A program made the translations under genes and the position numbers. From Turneriella sp. (GTDB lineage Bacteria > Spirochaetota > Leptospiria > Turneriellales > Turneriellaceae), in contig CBDIID010000003.1 of assembly GCA_965279515.1 (NCBI GenBank), positions 3,680,001-3,744,000 of the forward strand: 64,000 nt of DNA. The letters run 5' to 3'. Below are positions 31,878-41,890 of the stretch, one piece after another (the stretch's first letter is position 1; each line of letters starts with the position of its first letter). Below the pieces are notes generated by a model. The model was not told the DNA's origin and did not search any database. It saw only the letters and a program-made list of their open reading frames with translations.

Positions 31878-34130
31878 ATGAAATTTCATTTCCCCATTAT
31901 TATTATCGACGAAGATTTTCGATCGGAGAACACAAGTGGTTTCGGCATTCGAGCGTTGGCGAAGGCCATCGAAGCCGAAGGCATGGAAGTCATTGGCGTC
32001 ACCAGCTATGGTGACCTCTCAAGTTTCGTCCAACAGCAAAGCCGCGCCGGAGGATTTATTCTTTCGATAGACGATGAAGAGTTTTCGTCGGATAATGCTG
32101 GCGCCCCATCAGACGTAATAAAGCAGCTTGAAGATTTTGTAGCGGAGATACGTCTCAGAAACGCTGATATTCCTCTCTTTCTTTACGGTGAAACGCGGAC
32201 GAGTCGGCATATTACAAATCCGATACTCAAAGAACTCCACGGCTTTATCCACATGTATGAGGATACTCCGGAGTTTGTTGCGCGTTACATCATTCGGGAG
32301 ACAAACGCTTATCTCGAGAAACTACCGCCACCTTTCTTCAGAGCCTTAACACACTATGCCCATGATGGTTCGTATTCATGGCATTGCCCAGGGCACTCGG
32401 GAGGCGTGGCGTTTCTCAAAAGTCCCGTTGGGCAGATGTTTCACCAGTTCTTCGGTGAAAATATGCTCCGTGCCGATGTTTGCAATGCCGTCGATGAACT
32501 TGGTCAGTTACTCGATCATACAGGCCCAGTCGTTGCGAGCGAGGTGAACGCTGCCCGGATATTTCAATGCGATACGCTTTATTTTGTAACGAATGGCACT
32601 TCTACTTCAAACAAAATTGTATGGCATTCGACGGTGGCTCCGGGAGACGTTGTCGTCGTTGATCGCAACTGCCATAAATCGGTCTTGCACGCCATAATCA
32701 TGACGGGGGCGATCCCTGTTTTTCTAATGCCGACGCGCAACCATTACGGAATCATCGGCCCGATACCCCAATCGGAATTTCTCTGGGAAAATATACAGAA
32801 GAAAATTCGCAATCACCCGTTTGCAAGTAGCGCAAAAGGAGCACCGCGCATATTGACGATTACCCAAAGTACCTACGATGGAGTCCTCTACAACGTCGAA
32901 GATATTAAAGCGATGTTGGATGGTAAAATCAATACTTTGCATTTCGACGAAGCGTGGTTACCGCATGCGGCATTCCACGATTTTTATCGCGACATGCACG
33001 CTATCAGCAGTAAACGACCTCGCCCACGACAAAGCATGATTTATTCCACGCAATCTACGCATAAGATGCTTGCCGGTCTTTCACAGGCCAGCCAGATTTT
33101 AGTGCAGGATTCCGAAACGCAGAAATTAGACCGCGATCTGTTCAATGAATCTTTTCTGATGCACACCAGCACAAGTCCACAGTACGCTATTATCGCGAGT
33201 TGCGACGTCGCGGCGGCAATGATGGAAGCGCCGGGCGGGCCTGCACTTGTGGAAGAGTCAATAAAAGAAGCGCTGGATTTCCGCCGCGCAATGCGTAAGG
33301 TTGATGCGGATTGGGGCGACGATTGGTGGTTTCAAGTCTGGGGATCGGAAAACCTTGCCGAAGAAGGGCCTATCCGGCGCGAAGATTGGTTGCTTAAGGC
33401 AAACGAAGAGTGGCATGGTTTCGGCGACCTTGGAGCCGGATTCAACATGCTTGATCCGATCAAAGCCACCATCATTACTCCGGGGCTTAAGGTCGATGGC
33501 ACATTCGAGAGTTGGGGTGTGCCCGCGTTTATTCTAACCCGCTATCTCAGCGAACACGGGATCGTCGTTGAAAAAACCGGCCTCTACAGTTTTTTCATCA
33601 TGTTCACCATCGGCATAACCAAAGGACGCTGGAATACGATGGTAACCGAATTACAACAGTTTAAAGACGCTTACGATAATAACCAACCGTTATGGCGAGC
33701 CATGCCGAAATTCGTGAGTCAACATCCCCGTTATGATCGCATCGGTCTCAAAGATCTTTGTGAGCAGATGCACGAAGTGAACCGCGCCAATAACATTGCG
33801 CAGCTCACAACGCAGATGTACACATCGCATATGGAGCCAGTCATGCGCCCTTCAGAGGCATATGCCAAGATGGCTCACCGCGAAATCGAGCGCGTGCCGA
33901 TTGATAACTTGGAGGGCCGTGTGACAACTGCCTTGCTCACACCGTATCCTCCCGGCATTCCGTTACTCATTCCCGGTGAAAGGTTCAACAAAACAATTGT
34001 CGAGTATTTGCAATTCGCGCGTGAATTTAACGCGCGATTTCCGGGATTTCAGACCGATATTCACGGGCTTGTCGAAGAGCCGGATGAAAACGGTAAGATG
34101 GCTTACTTCGTTGACTGTGTGGCAACATGA
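31878..34130 (+). CDS. Orn/Lys/Arg decarboxylase (wing domain, PLP fold I)
   Basis: WHCPGHSGG, VTNGTSTSNK, DRNCHKS, HFDEAW, TQSTHK. Confidence 0.95.
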   Translation: MKFHFPIIIIDEDFRSENTSGFGIRALAKAIEAEGMEVIGVTSYGDLSSFVQQQSRAGGFILSIDDEEFSSDNAGAPSDVIKQLEDFVAEIRLRNADIPLFLYGETRTSRHITNPILKELHGFIHMYEDTPEFVARYIIRETNAYLEKLPPPFFRALTHYAHDGSYSWHCPGHSGGVAFLKSPVGQMFHQFFGENMLRADVCNAVDELGQLLDHTGPVVASEVNAARIFQCDTLYFVTNGTSTSNKIVWHSTVAPGDVVVVDRNCHKSVLHAIIMTGAIPVFLMPTRNHYGIIGPIPQSEFLWENIQKKIRNHPFASSAKGAPRILTITQSTYDGVLYNVEDIKAMLDGKINTLHFDEAWLPHAAFHDFYRDMHAISSKRPRPRQSMIYSTQSTHKMLAGLSQASQILVQDSETQKLDRDLFNESFLMHTSTSPQYAIIASCDVAAAMMEAPGGPALVEESIKEALDFRRAMRKVDADWGDDWWFQVWGSENLAEEGPIRREDWLLKANEEWHGFGDLGAGFNMLDPIKATIITPGLKVDGTFESWGVPAFILTRYLSEHGIVVEKTGLYSFFIMFTIGITKGRWNTMVTELQQFKDAYDNNQPLWRAMPKFVSQHPRYDRIGLKDLCEQMHEVNRANNIAQLTTQMYTSHMEPVMRPSEAYAKMAHREIERVPIDNLEGRVTTALLTPYPPGIPLLIPGERFNKTIVEYLQFAREFNARFPGFQTDIHGLVEEPDENGKMAYFVDCVAT

Positions 34131-34434
34131 AGGCAAGAAGAAATAGTGCTGACTTTCGGAGTCTTCAATCTGATTACACCAGCTTGGCTGTGATTTAGTT
34201 TTCTATTTTTTTGACGTCAAAGTCGTAAATAGGCAGTTTTTAAAATTCTCAGTTATCGTTGTTTCTCTTAGAGGAAAACTTTTTCTCGCAACCACCACTT
34301 TGCTCGCTCGCGCATCGCTCTGTCCCCGCCGCCGCACGGCGGGTTTTGCGACGAAAAATTTTTCAACTGCCCATGATCCGATTCTGCGCTTCTCACCGAT
34401 AACCACGCATCCCCCTCGTCTTTGGATTTCTGAT

Positions 34435-35532
34435 TCAGTTAAAAAGCACATTCGCCGGTAATACCGGTTTTTCCGAATCTACCACCAGGTCTTCCACCAG
34501 GTAAATCTTCATCGCCGCGGTTCTGCCACGCACGCGGCTGATCGAAAGTTTGCGACAGCGTACCTGATCGGCAATCAGCCCATGCGTGTTCTCATCGATG
34601 ATCAGGTCAAAACGTGTTTTTTTCGTCAGGCCTTCGAGGCGTGAAGCGATGTTGACGGTGTCGCCAATGACAGTGTAGTCCATGCGGCGGAACGAGCCGA
34701 TCGTGCCGGCAAAGACATTGCCCGTGGCGATGCCCATGCCAATGGCGATGGGTTCGCTCAGGTAATCGGGCAGCGCTTCATTGAAGTTCGCGATGGTTTC
34801 GCGGATTGCCAAAGCGCAGCGTACGGCGTTCAGGGCGTCGTCGCCGTAGGCGACGGGGCAACCGAATGTGGCAAGCAGGGCATCGCCGATGATTTTGTTC
34901 ACCGAGCCGTGGTGACTCAAGATCAGGTCCATGACGTCGGTATAGATGCGGTTCAGCAGTTTGGCAATGATGCGCGGCTCGTGGTTTTCGCTCAGCGTGG
35001 TGAAATTACGGATGTCGAGAAAGAAGATCGTGGCCTGCGTATGCTCCCCATACACTTCCTGATTATTCTGCTCGCTGAGAATTTTGCGCACAACGTCGTC
35101 GGAGAAAAACTGCGAAAGCTTCTGGATATCGCCATTCAGCGATTCGATCAGTTTTTGCGAGTGGCGCAGGGCGAAATGTACGCGCAATTTTTCGCGGATT
35201 TCACGCGTAATAAATGGCGGCCGCAGGAATTCGTTCACACCATCGTCGAGTGCGAGAGCTTTCTGGCTTTCTGAACTGCGTTCAAAGTAGGCGAGCACGG
35301 GCAACTTGCCGAACACACCGTGTTTACGGATTTTTTCGAGCACCTGCGATTCTTCATGGTCATAGGAGTCACTTTGCAGGAAAATGACGCCGGGTACTTC
35401 GGCAACCAGCTCGGGGTCGAAGGTGTCGAAGGTGCAGATTTGCACGCTATACTCTTCACCTATCGCATCGCGAATCGCGACGAGGCGAAATTTATTCTTC
35501 ACGAGGATCAATAACTTGTTTTCTTGCAGCAT
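34435..35532 (-). CDS. Receiver-like + adenylate/guanylate cyclase
   Basis: FLDIRNFT, KIIGDA, YTVIGDTVNIASRLE. Confidence 0.9.
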   Translation of the reverse strand: MLQENKLLILVKNKFRLVAIRDAIGEEYSVQICTFDTFDPELVAEVPGVIFLQSDSYDHEESQVLEKIRKHGVFGKLPVLAYFERSSESQKALALDDGVNEFLRPPFITREIREKLRVHFALRHSQKLIESLNGDIQKLSQFFSDDVVRKILSEQNNQEVYGEHTQATIFFLDIRNFTTLSENHEPRIIAKLLNRIYTDVMDLILSHHGSVNKIIGDALLATFGCPVAYGDDALNAVRCALAIRETIANFNEALPDYLSEPIAIGMGIATGNVFAGTIGSFRRMDYTVIGDTVNIASRLEGLTKKTRFDLIIDENTHGLIADQVRCRKLSISRVRGRTAAMKIYLVEDLVVDSEKPVLPANVLFN

Positions 35533-35541
35533 ATTTTCTCC

Positions 35542-36750
35542 TTATAAAACCGGCAAGCGGACACGGATAATCAGTTTTTGCGATTTCTCTTCGTCTGCAT
35601 CCTGACGGCGCACGTCGAGCGTGCCGCCCATCTGGCGTATCCTGAACTCGCTGATCGTGAGGCCAAGCCCCAGGCCATAATTCAGCCGGTAACGGTCATC
35701 GATGGTGTTGCTCAGGCGGATAAACGGTTTTTTAAGGTTTGCGGCGTCCGCTTCGCTGGGGATTTTCGCCATGAGATTTTCCGCGCGCAGCTCAAAATAA
35801 CCTCCCTGGCGTCCGGCGGCAAGGTGGATGGCACTTCCTTCCGGAGAATATTTGAGGGCGTTGAGAATGATCTCCTGCACGACCTGGGAGAAAATCTCTG
35901 CGCTGGCAGAAACATTGTAGTCGCCGCCGTCGAAATCCGCGGCGATAAAATGACTGCGGATCTGCGCTTCGTCCTGCACAGAAACAAGCACCTGCTGTAT
36001 TGCGGCGATCAAGGCTTCGCCGGATTTAACTTCCGCGGAAATTCCATTCGTCAGCGCCTGCAAAGCACGCTCAAGATTTTCGAGCCATTGGCGCGAGGCG
36101 CCGACATTTTGTGCGATGGCGCCGAAGGTATCTTCGGAGATTACAATTTTGCCTTCTTGCCGTTCGGCAGTGGCTTCGAGCAGCTCGAAATAAGTGATGA
36201 GCGAACCAATGCCGAGGCCCTGCGAAGAGGAGTGCAGTACCTGGCGCAAGACTTCGCGCGTCAGCTGCAGCGATTTTTCCGTTTCCGATTCCGAACGGCG
36301 TCCCGAAATCCATTCGAGAATTGGTGTTTCCGATGCATTGGGATGCCGGCCTGGCGTACCGCTATGCGGCGCCGAACTCAGCACACTGCGCAGCCGCCGG
36401 CAGAGCTCAGAGAGCGGCATATCGACGGGTAAAAATTCCACGGGCCGGTACTGCCTGATAAAAAGCGCTCCTTCTTCTTCAGGGGGATTTCCCAAAACCA
36501 GCACGGGTGTATTCGGGTGCTGCAGGCGTATCGCCGCCAGCAGGCGTGGGAGTTTCATGAGGCCGAAACCTTCGACGACAACAATTGCCGCAAAGGAAGT
36601 GCCGATCAGTTGCTCGAGCGCATCGCCGGCGCCGGTGGCAATATAGAGTCCCGCGCCGATGGCGTCTTCAATTCCACGGTAGTCGGCGGAGCTCAGCGAC
36701 CTTCCCGTCAGGAACAGAACGCGGTCGGTTTCAACGGCGGTCATGATCAT
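35542..36750 (-). CDS. Histidine kinase-like ATPase with degenerate receiver
   Basis: NALKYSP, GLGLGL. Confidence 0.75.
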   Translation of the reverse strand: MIMTAVETDRVLFLTGRSLSSADYRGIEDAIGAGLYIATGAGDALEQLIGTSFAAIVVVEGFGLMKLPRLLAAIRLQHPNTPVLVLGNPPEEEGALFIRQYRPVEFLPVDMPLSELCRRLRSVLSSAPHSGTPGRHPNASETPILEWISGRRSESETEKSLQLTREVLRQVLHSSSQGLGIGSLITYFELLEATAERQEGKIVISEDTFGAIAQNVGASRQWLENLERALQALTNGISAEVKSGEALIAAIQQVLVSVQDEAQIRSHFIAADFDGGDYNVSASAEIFSQVVQEIILNALKYSPEGSAIHLAAGRQGGYFELRAENLMAKIPSEADAANLKKPFIRLSNTIDDRYRLNYGLGLGLTISEFRIRQMGGTLDVRRQDADEEKSQKLIIRVRLPVL

Positions 36751-36947
36751 ACAATCTGCCCGACGATGTCGAGCAGCTGCGCCGGGCGGAAGGGTTTGAT
36801 GATCCAGCCGTTGGCGCCCGCGGTCGCTCCCTGAGCGCGGATTTGTTTTTCGTTTTCGGAGGTCAGTGCGAGAATCGGTATGTTTTGATCCTGGCGCACC
36901 AGGTGCTGTATTGTTTCCGAATCGTCGACTGCCAGTATTCTTGCCAT
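36747..36947 (-). pseudogene. Internally deleted CheY-like receiver
   Basis: MARILAVDDSETIQ fused to IPILALTS...KPF; middle of domain missing. Confidence 0.6.
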
Positions 36948-37261
36948 TGGAATCCCCCCGAAATGTGATGGTTATGTATAACCCAAACCGGGGTAGATTG
37001 CAATATGTTCTTACCGCAAAATGCTAAGTACTTTTACAGATATCAGGTGAAACGGGAGATGTAAATGCTGCCATTGCTGGCAGCTTCGACGTAATCGGCG
37101 ACCGTGACGAATGTGGCATGGCAATCTTTGCTGCTCAAGGTGCGCAGGATTTCAAAATTATTCCGCGTTGTCGTTTCATAGTCGGGAAACACAATTTCCG
37201 CTTGGTAGTGTTTCAGCTTGTCGAGCGGACCAAAAAATCAGCGACTTGTCATTGATGCAAA

Positions 37262-37276
37262 TGAGAATCATTATCA
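37262..37276. promoter_or_regulatory. Fur-like 7-1-7 box
   Basis: TGAGAAT-C-ATTATCA upstream of small ORF. Confidence 0.6.
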
Positions 37277-37315
37277 ATTTGATTGACGGCGCATAGCCCC
37301 TGGTCCCTATGCGCT

Positions 37316-37540
37316 ATGGAAAACCACAGCCAACATCCATCCTGCGGGGAGCTTCTCGCGCACGGCAAAGTCGCGCGCGCCGATGCATTTCCCTGCGGGC
37401 ATGTCGTTCTGACCTTTGAAAATTTTAAGATCGGCTTTGCCGGCGAAGATTTCCGCGATTTTGTACACACCGTCTCCCTCGCCTTCGGCAACCTGAAGAA
37501 CCGCGAAATCGAACGGGCCGAATGGGGCCTGTTTATGTAG
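37316..37540 (+). CDS. Small hypothetical protein
   Basis: 74-aa ORF downstream of Fur-like box. Confidence 0.5.
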   Translation: MENHSQHPSCGELLAHGKVARADAFPCGHVVLTFENFKIGFAGEDFRDFVHTVSLAFGNLKNREIERAEWGLFM

Positions 37541-38446
37541 CTAGTCTTCGAAAGCGCGGTCTGTGCGCAGCGCGGCGATATTGGCGTCGGTCAGAATTGT
37601 GCCGGTGCGGCCGGTTTCGATTTTCTGGATGCGCAGTTTCTGGGCAAACGCCGCGAAACGAAAATTACCGGCACTGTGATGGGCTAACAGCGCCGTGCGT
37701 TCATCGGCATAGTCACAGCGGTCGGTGACGAGGCTCTGCACACCTTCGGGCTCGCCAGGCAAAGTGGGATTAAAAACGATAAGGCGGTTTCCATCCGTAT
37801 TGTGTATTTTACGGATATCCCAGACCGGCGAAAATACCGAGCGGTAGGTGGCGTTTTCGTGCGCTGTGAGGTTCTTCAGCACCCAGGTATTGGCAATGAG
37901 CACGCCATTCGTCTTCAGGCGTTGTTTCACCATCTCTAAGAACTCCTGCGTCATGAGCTCTGCGGGAATATAGACCTTATCGAAGGCATCGAGAAAAATG
38001 ATATCGAAGGTACCGCTGTGCTCAGAGATGAAAGATCGGCCGCCGGTGGTATGCACAACGACGCGGTGGTCCAGGTCGAAGTGCTGGCGCGCGAGTTCGA
38101 CGACCTTGTGGTTGGGCTCGACGACTTCAATTGCCAGGCTGGGAAATTGTTTCAGGAGGAATTTGCAGATCACGCCGCCACCGAGGCCGATGATCAGGGC
38201 CTTGCCCTTTTGTTTCGGAATATAACCGCTCCAGGTGAGGCTGGCCACTGCGGCCATCTGCAGGTATGACTGCACCATGAAGTCGGGTTTATCGCGCCGC
38301 CACACGGACTGCTCGCGCCCGCCCTGGATCATTTTCACGACGCCGTTGTCAGATTCTATTTTCAATGGTAAGGTATGGAACGGTATCAGAGCGGGCCGAT
38401 AAAGTAAAATCGGGATTTCCGTATCTAACGAAAATGATATCCCCAA
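37541..38446 (-). CDS. Spermidine synthase-like SAM-dependent protein
   Basis: ALIIGLGGG, VVEP, FDIIFLDAF. Confidence 0.85.
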   Translation of the reverse strand: MGISFSLDTEIPILLYRPALIPFHTLPLKIESDNGVVKMIQGGREQSVWRRDKPDFMVQSYLQMAAVASLTWSGYIPKQKGKALIIGLGGGVICKFLLKQFPSLAIEVVEPNHKVVELARQHFDLDHRVVVHTTGGRSFISEHSGTFDIIFLDAFDKVYIPAELMTQEFLEMVKQRLKTNGVLIANTWVLKNLTAHENATYRSVFSPVWDIRKIHNTDGNRLIVFNPTLPGEPEGVQSLVTDRCDYADERTALLAHHSAGNFRFAAFAQKLRIQKIETGRTGTILTDANIAALRTDRAFED

Positions 38447-39027
38447 CGCAGGGCGAGTGTCGGGTTAGCTTTAATGTTAAGAAAGCTGACTCCTGTGTCG
38501 CCTTTGGCGGATTCAAAATTACTGCTCCGACCGATTCCTGTCGAATAGGCTGCTTCAAAGCCGAATGTAAAACCGTCGTAGGCAACCAGTTCCATTCCCG
38601 CTGCAAAATACCCGGAAATACCGACAACGTTAAAAGATTCGCTGTATTGGTTTGCGCCGTTGTAAAAGCTGACATCACCGCCATAGACCGGAATGCGCAG
38701 CATTGCCGCGACATAGGGAGACCAACGTTGTCGCGGTTGATGTCCCAAAATCGCATAACGGATTCCCGCGTGCGGCATGACGAGATACTTTGAGTTTTCG
38801 AAGACAGCGCCATAGGCAGAACCGCCGCATTCAATATTGAAATTGGGGGTAAGATAATAATCTGCCGCCAGCGTATAAATATGCCCGGGGCCTCCCAGGC
38901 TGCCGCTGATGCCGAATTTGCGTTCCGCCCGGCTTGGGTTATTCGCGACGTCGGCAACGTCATTTTCAGCGTAGGCGGCGAAAGACCAAAGGATCAGCGT
39001 ACATAGATAGGCATTACGATATCGCAT
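38425..39027 (-). CDS. Exported, probable outer-membrane beta-barrel protein
   Basis: Signal peptide, amphipathic strands, C-terminal WGYHF. Confidence 0.6.
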   Translation of the reverse strand: MRYRNAYLCTLILWSFAAYAENDVADVANNPSRAERKFGISGSLGGPGHIYTLAADYYLTPNFNIECGGSAYGAVFENSKYLVMPHAGIRYAILGHQPRQRWSPYVAAMLRIPVYGGDVSFYNGANQYSESFNVVGISGYFAAGMELVAYDGFTFGFEAAYSTGIGRSSNFESAKGDTGVSFLNIKANPTLALRWGYHFR

Positions 39028-39143
39028 AGCAAAGTTATAAATGCTATTTCATGCTTTCAAGCGTTTGTCGGCCGTTCCTTCAGCCTGGTTTCGCCCGCAG
39101 AAAAAAATGGCATTTCACGAACTGCGATTTCGTACAGCGAAAC

Positions 39144-39467
39144 ATGCTTCAGGAATTGGAATGGGTTTCCCTTGAAATTGCATATACCCCACAGGGCGTG
39201 GTCGCTAAATTGACCGGCGTGCTATCGCTCACTACTTCCGCTGATTTGAAACATAAGGTTCTGGAGTTGTTAGCAGAGGGAGTAAAATCCGTTTCCCTGG
39301 AAATTTCCGAAATAAGGCATATCGATTCTGTGGGCCTGGCGACCCTCATTGTTCTGGCGCGCAATTGCGCAGAACGCGGGGTCGCGTTCAGCCTGCTTAG
39401 GCCCGCCGAGATACAAGATCGGCTTCTGCGATCCACCGGGCTTGCAAAATATCTAAACGTTCCATAA
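39144..39467 (+). CDS. STAS anti-sigma-factor antagonist
   Basis: HIDSVGLATL motif. Confidence 0.85.
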   Translation: MLQELEWVSLEIAYTPQGVVAKLTGVLSLTTSADLKHKVLELLAEGVKSVSLEISEIRHIDSVGLATLIVLARNCAERGVAFSLLRPAEIQDRLLRSTGLAKYLNVP

Positions 39468-39534
39468 GCATAATGCAGCAGCGCCGATGAGCGCCCAGGT
39501 GCAGACCAGTACGGAGAGGGTTTTTTGCTTGTAA

Positions 39535-39550
39535 TGATAATGATTTATCA
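39535..39550. promoter_or_regulatory. Fur-family (putative Zur) operator
   Basis: TGATAA-tgat-TTATCA upstream of COG0523 gene. Confidence 0.7.
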
Positions 39551-39590
39551 TTATTGATTTACACGGCGACGGCACTCCTGGTGCTGGGCC

Positions 39591-40802
39591 ATGGCAGAAG
39601 GCAAACTCCCCGTTACCGTTATTTCCGGCTTTTTAGGGGCAGGCAAAACCACCCTGCTCAATCACTTATTAGCTAATAAAGACGGCAGGCGGATTGCCGT
39701 CATCGTGAACGATATGTCCGAAGTGAATATCGACGCCGCAATCGTCGAGCAGGGCGGCTTTAAACGCACCGAAGAGAAACTCGTCGAAATGTCGAATGGC
39801 TGCATCTGCTGCACACTGCGCGAAGACCTATTACTCGAAGTCTCGAAGCTCGCGAAAGAGGGCCGCTTTGACAACATTGTCATCGAATCGACAGGCATCT
39901 CTGAACCGCTGCCGGTTGCCGAAACCTTCACTTTCGCTGATGAGAATGGCGTGAGTTTGGGCGACGTCGCTGAGCTCGACACCATGGTCACGGTCGTCGA
40001 CGCCGTAAATTTTCTCGCCGACTGGAACAGTTATGATTCGCTCAAAGACCGCGCCATGGAACTCGGCGAAGAGGATGAGCGTGACATCGTGAACCTTCTG
40101 GTCGAGCAAATCGAGTTCGCGAATGTCATTTTGCTCAATAAGGTGGATTTAGTCAGTGCCGACGATAAGAAAACGATCTACGGTATTTTGCTCCGCCTGA
40201 ACCCCACAGCAGAGATCATCGAAACCGAAAAATCGCGCGCGCCGCTGGCAAAGGTTTTGTCGACGAAAAAATTCTCTTTCGAAGAAGCGGCGCAGAACCC
40301 CGGCTGGCTCAAGGAATTGCGCGGTGAACATACCCCCGAGACTGAAGAGTATGGCATCACGAGCTTTGTCTACCGCGCGCGCATGCCGTTTCACCCGCAG
40401 CGCCTCCATGATTACCTGAGTGACGGCTTTGAGAACGTTGTGCGCTCGAAGGGTTACTTCTTCATCGCAACGCGCCCTGAAGTCGCATGGCTGTGGTCGC
40501 ATGCGGGTAAATTGTCGAATATCGAACGCGCCGGGTATTGGTATCGCGCGCTCGATAAGTCACATTGGCCGACCGACCCGGCAGCGCTCAAGGCGATTGC
40601 AAAGAACTGGCAAGAGCCGTGGGGCGACGCCCGGCAAGAAATCGTCATCATCGGCCGCGGCATGGATCAGGCCGCAATCACGCGCGCGCTCAATGCCTGC
40701 CTGCTCAGCGAAGCAGAGTTTGCAGGGCTCGACGATGCGACGATCAGGGCGATGCCCGATCCTTTTCCGGCCGATGAAGTTAAAGATGAAAATGAAGAAT
40801 AA
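39591..40802 (+). CDS. zigA: COG0523 zinc metallochaperone GTPase (ZigA/YciC-like)
   Basis: [24 protein letters not shown], CobW_C. Confidence 0.92.
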   Translation: MAEGKLPVTVISGFLGAGKTTLLNHLLANKDGRRIAVIVNDMSEVNIDAAIVEQGGFKRTEEKLVEMSNGCICCTLREDLLLEVSKLAKEGRFDNIVIESTGISEPLPVAETFTFADENGVSLGDVAELDTMVTVVDAVNFLADWNSYDSLKDRAMELGEEDERDIVNLLVEQIEFANVILLNKVDLVSADDKKTIYGILLRLNPTAEIIETEKSRAPLAKVLSTKKFSFEEAAQNPGWLKELRGEHTPETEEYGITSFVYRARMPFHPQRLHDYLSDGFENVVRSKGYFFIATRPEVAWLWSHAGKLSNIERAGYWYRALDKSHWPTDPAALKAIAKNWQEPWGDARQEIVIIGRGMDQAAITRALNACLLSEAEFAGLDDATIRAMPDPFPADEVKDENEE

Positions 40803-40812
40803 GGAGTTCACG

Positions 40813-41244
40813 ATGAAAATACTGGTATCCCTGTTTTTGGCAATCGCGCTGGCGGCTTGCGGCGAAAAATTCCATGAAAAGCTGAAAGCCGACCACGCGC
40901 GCCTCGAAGCCGAGCACAAACAAATGGAAGAGGCGCACCTCAAGATGGCAGTCGAGCACGACGAACTCGAAAAGGGCCATGCCGCTCATGCAGGCAAAAG
41001 CAAGAAGCACGACAAAGAAGAAACGGAGCATAAAGAGCTCGAAAAAAAACACCAGGCGCTGCTGAAGCGGCACTCAGAGCTTGTTGCGGCGCATACCGAA
41101 CTGGAAAAACGCCATGAAAGCGGTAAAGATCCCGCGCAGGCAGAATTAGAGCACAAGGGCATGATGTCAGAACACGAACAGATGCGCAAGGACCATGAGC
41201 AAATGGTTGCCGACCATAAACGAATCTCAGACCAGCATAAATAA
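40813..41244 (+). CDS. His-heptad lipoprotein (143 aa)
   Basis: AAGGAG RBS, LAAC lipobox, 18 His mostly at 7-residue spacing. Confidence 0.8.
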   Translation: MKILVSLFLAIALAACGEKFHEKLKADHARLEAEHKQMEEAHLKMAVEHDELEKGHAAHAGKSKKHDKEETEHKELEKKHQALLKRHSELVAAHTELEKRHESGKDPAQAELEHKGMMSEHEQMRKDHEQMVADHKRISDQHK

Positions 41245-41253
41245 GCAGCTCTG

Positions 41254-41550
41254 ATGCGTATTTGCTCATGGCTGGTGGCCTGTGCGATAATTTTGGCGGC
41301 GTTCCATGCCGGTCAAAGCATCATGGCCTGCGACGGCGAATGGCACCGAAACGGCGAGCTACCCGATTGGCCGAATATTTCTTTTTCCGAAAGCAATTAT
41401 CCCGACATCGAAATACCCGAGCGCAAGCGCCCGCGGCGCCGCAAAAAACAGAAACCTATTAAGGCCAATAAGCGCGAAAAACCTAATCTTGTATTAGAGC
41501 ACGACTATATCGAAGACGAGGGCTTTCTGAAGGGTTCGACGAAGCCTTAG
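41254..41550 (+). CDS. Exported hypothetical protein
   Basis: Signal-like N-terminus; in operon position. Confidence 0.5.
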   Translation: MRICSWLVACAIILAAFHAGQSIMACDGEWHRNGELPDWPNISFSESNYPDIEIPERKRPRRRKKQKPIKANKREKPNLVLEHDYIEDEGFLKGSTKP

Positions 41551-41647
41551 TTTATTAACTGATACCTGCGCGAAGTATACAGTCACGGCTGGCTTTGCGC
41601 AAAGAAATCTTTGTATGTAAAAAAACAGATTCAGAGGAGAAGAAAAT

Positions 41648-41764
41648 ATGAGTAAATTTTTCGCAATCGCAGCAACGGTGGTTTTTGTGAGCGCCTGCGC
41701 TGGCAAGTTTCATGAAAAGCTGCATGCAGACCACGAAAAGCTTGAAGCCGATCACAAGCAGTAG
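41648..41764 (+). CDS. 38-aa mini-paralogue of the His-heptad lipoprotein
   Basis: GAGGAG RBS; MSKFFAIAATVVFVSACAGKFHEKLHADHEKLEADHKQ. Confidence 0.6.
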   Translation: MSKFFAIAATVVFVSACAGKFHEKLHADHEKLEADHKQ

Positions 41765-41890
41765 GGCATGCGCAGTCCCTGACGCGGTGGAAAAGACTTC
41801 TCGTTAGCATGGGCGTCTCCTCGGGAAATATCAGGATGCGTGCCTATTGGGCGGATGGCAAGCGCGGATTGTAAAAGTTCAGAATGCAGA

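Noticed and set aside
40420..40812. N-terminal extensions in the ORF track (also at 2599, 16336, 49388, 50329)
   Set aside because: They overlap neighbouring genes or precede better starts with RBS or signal peptide.
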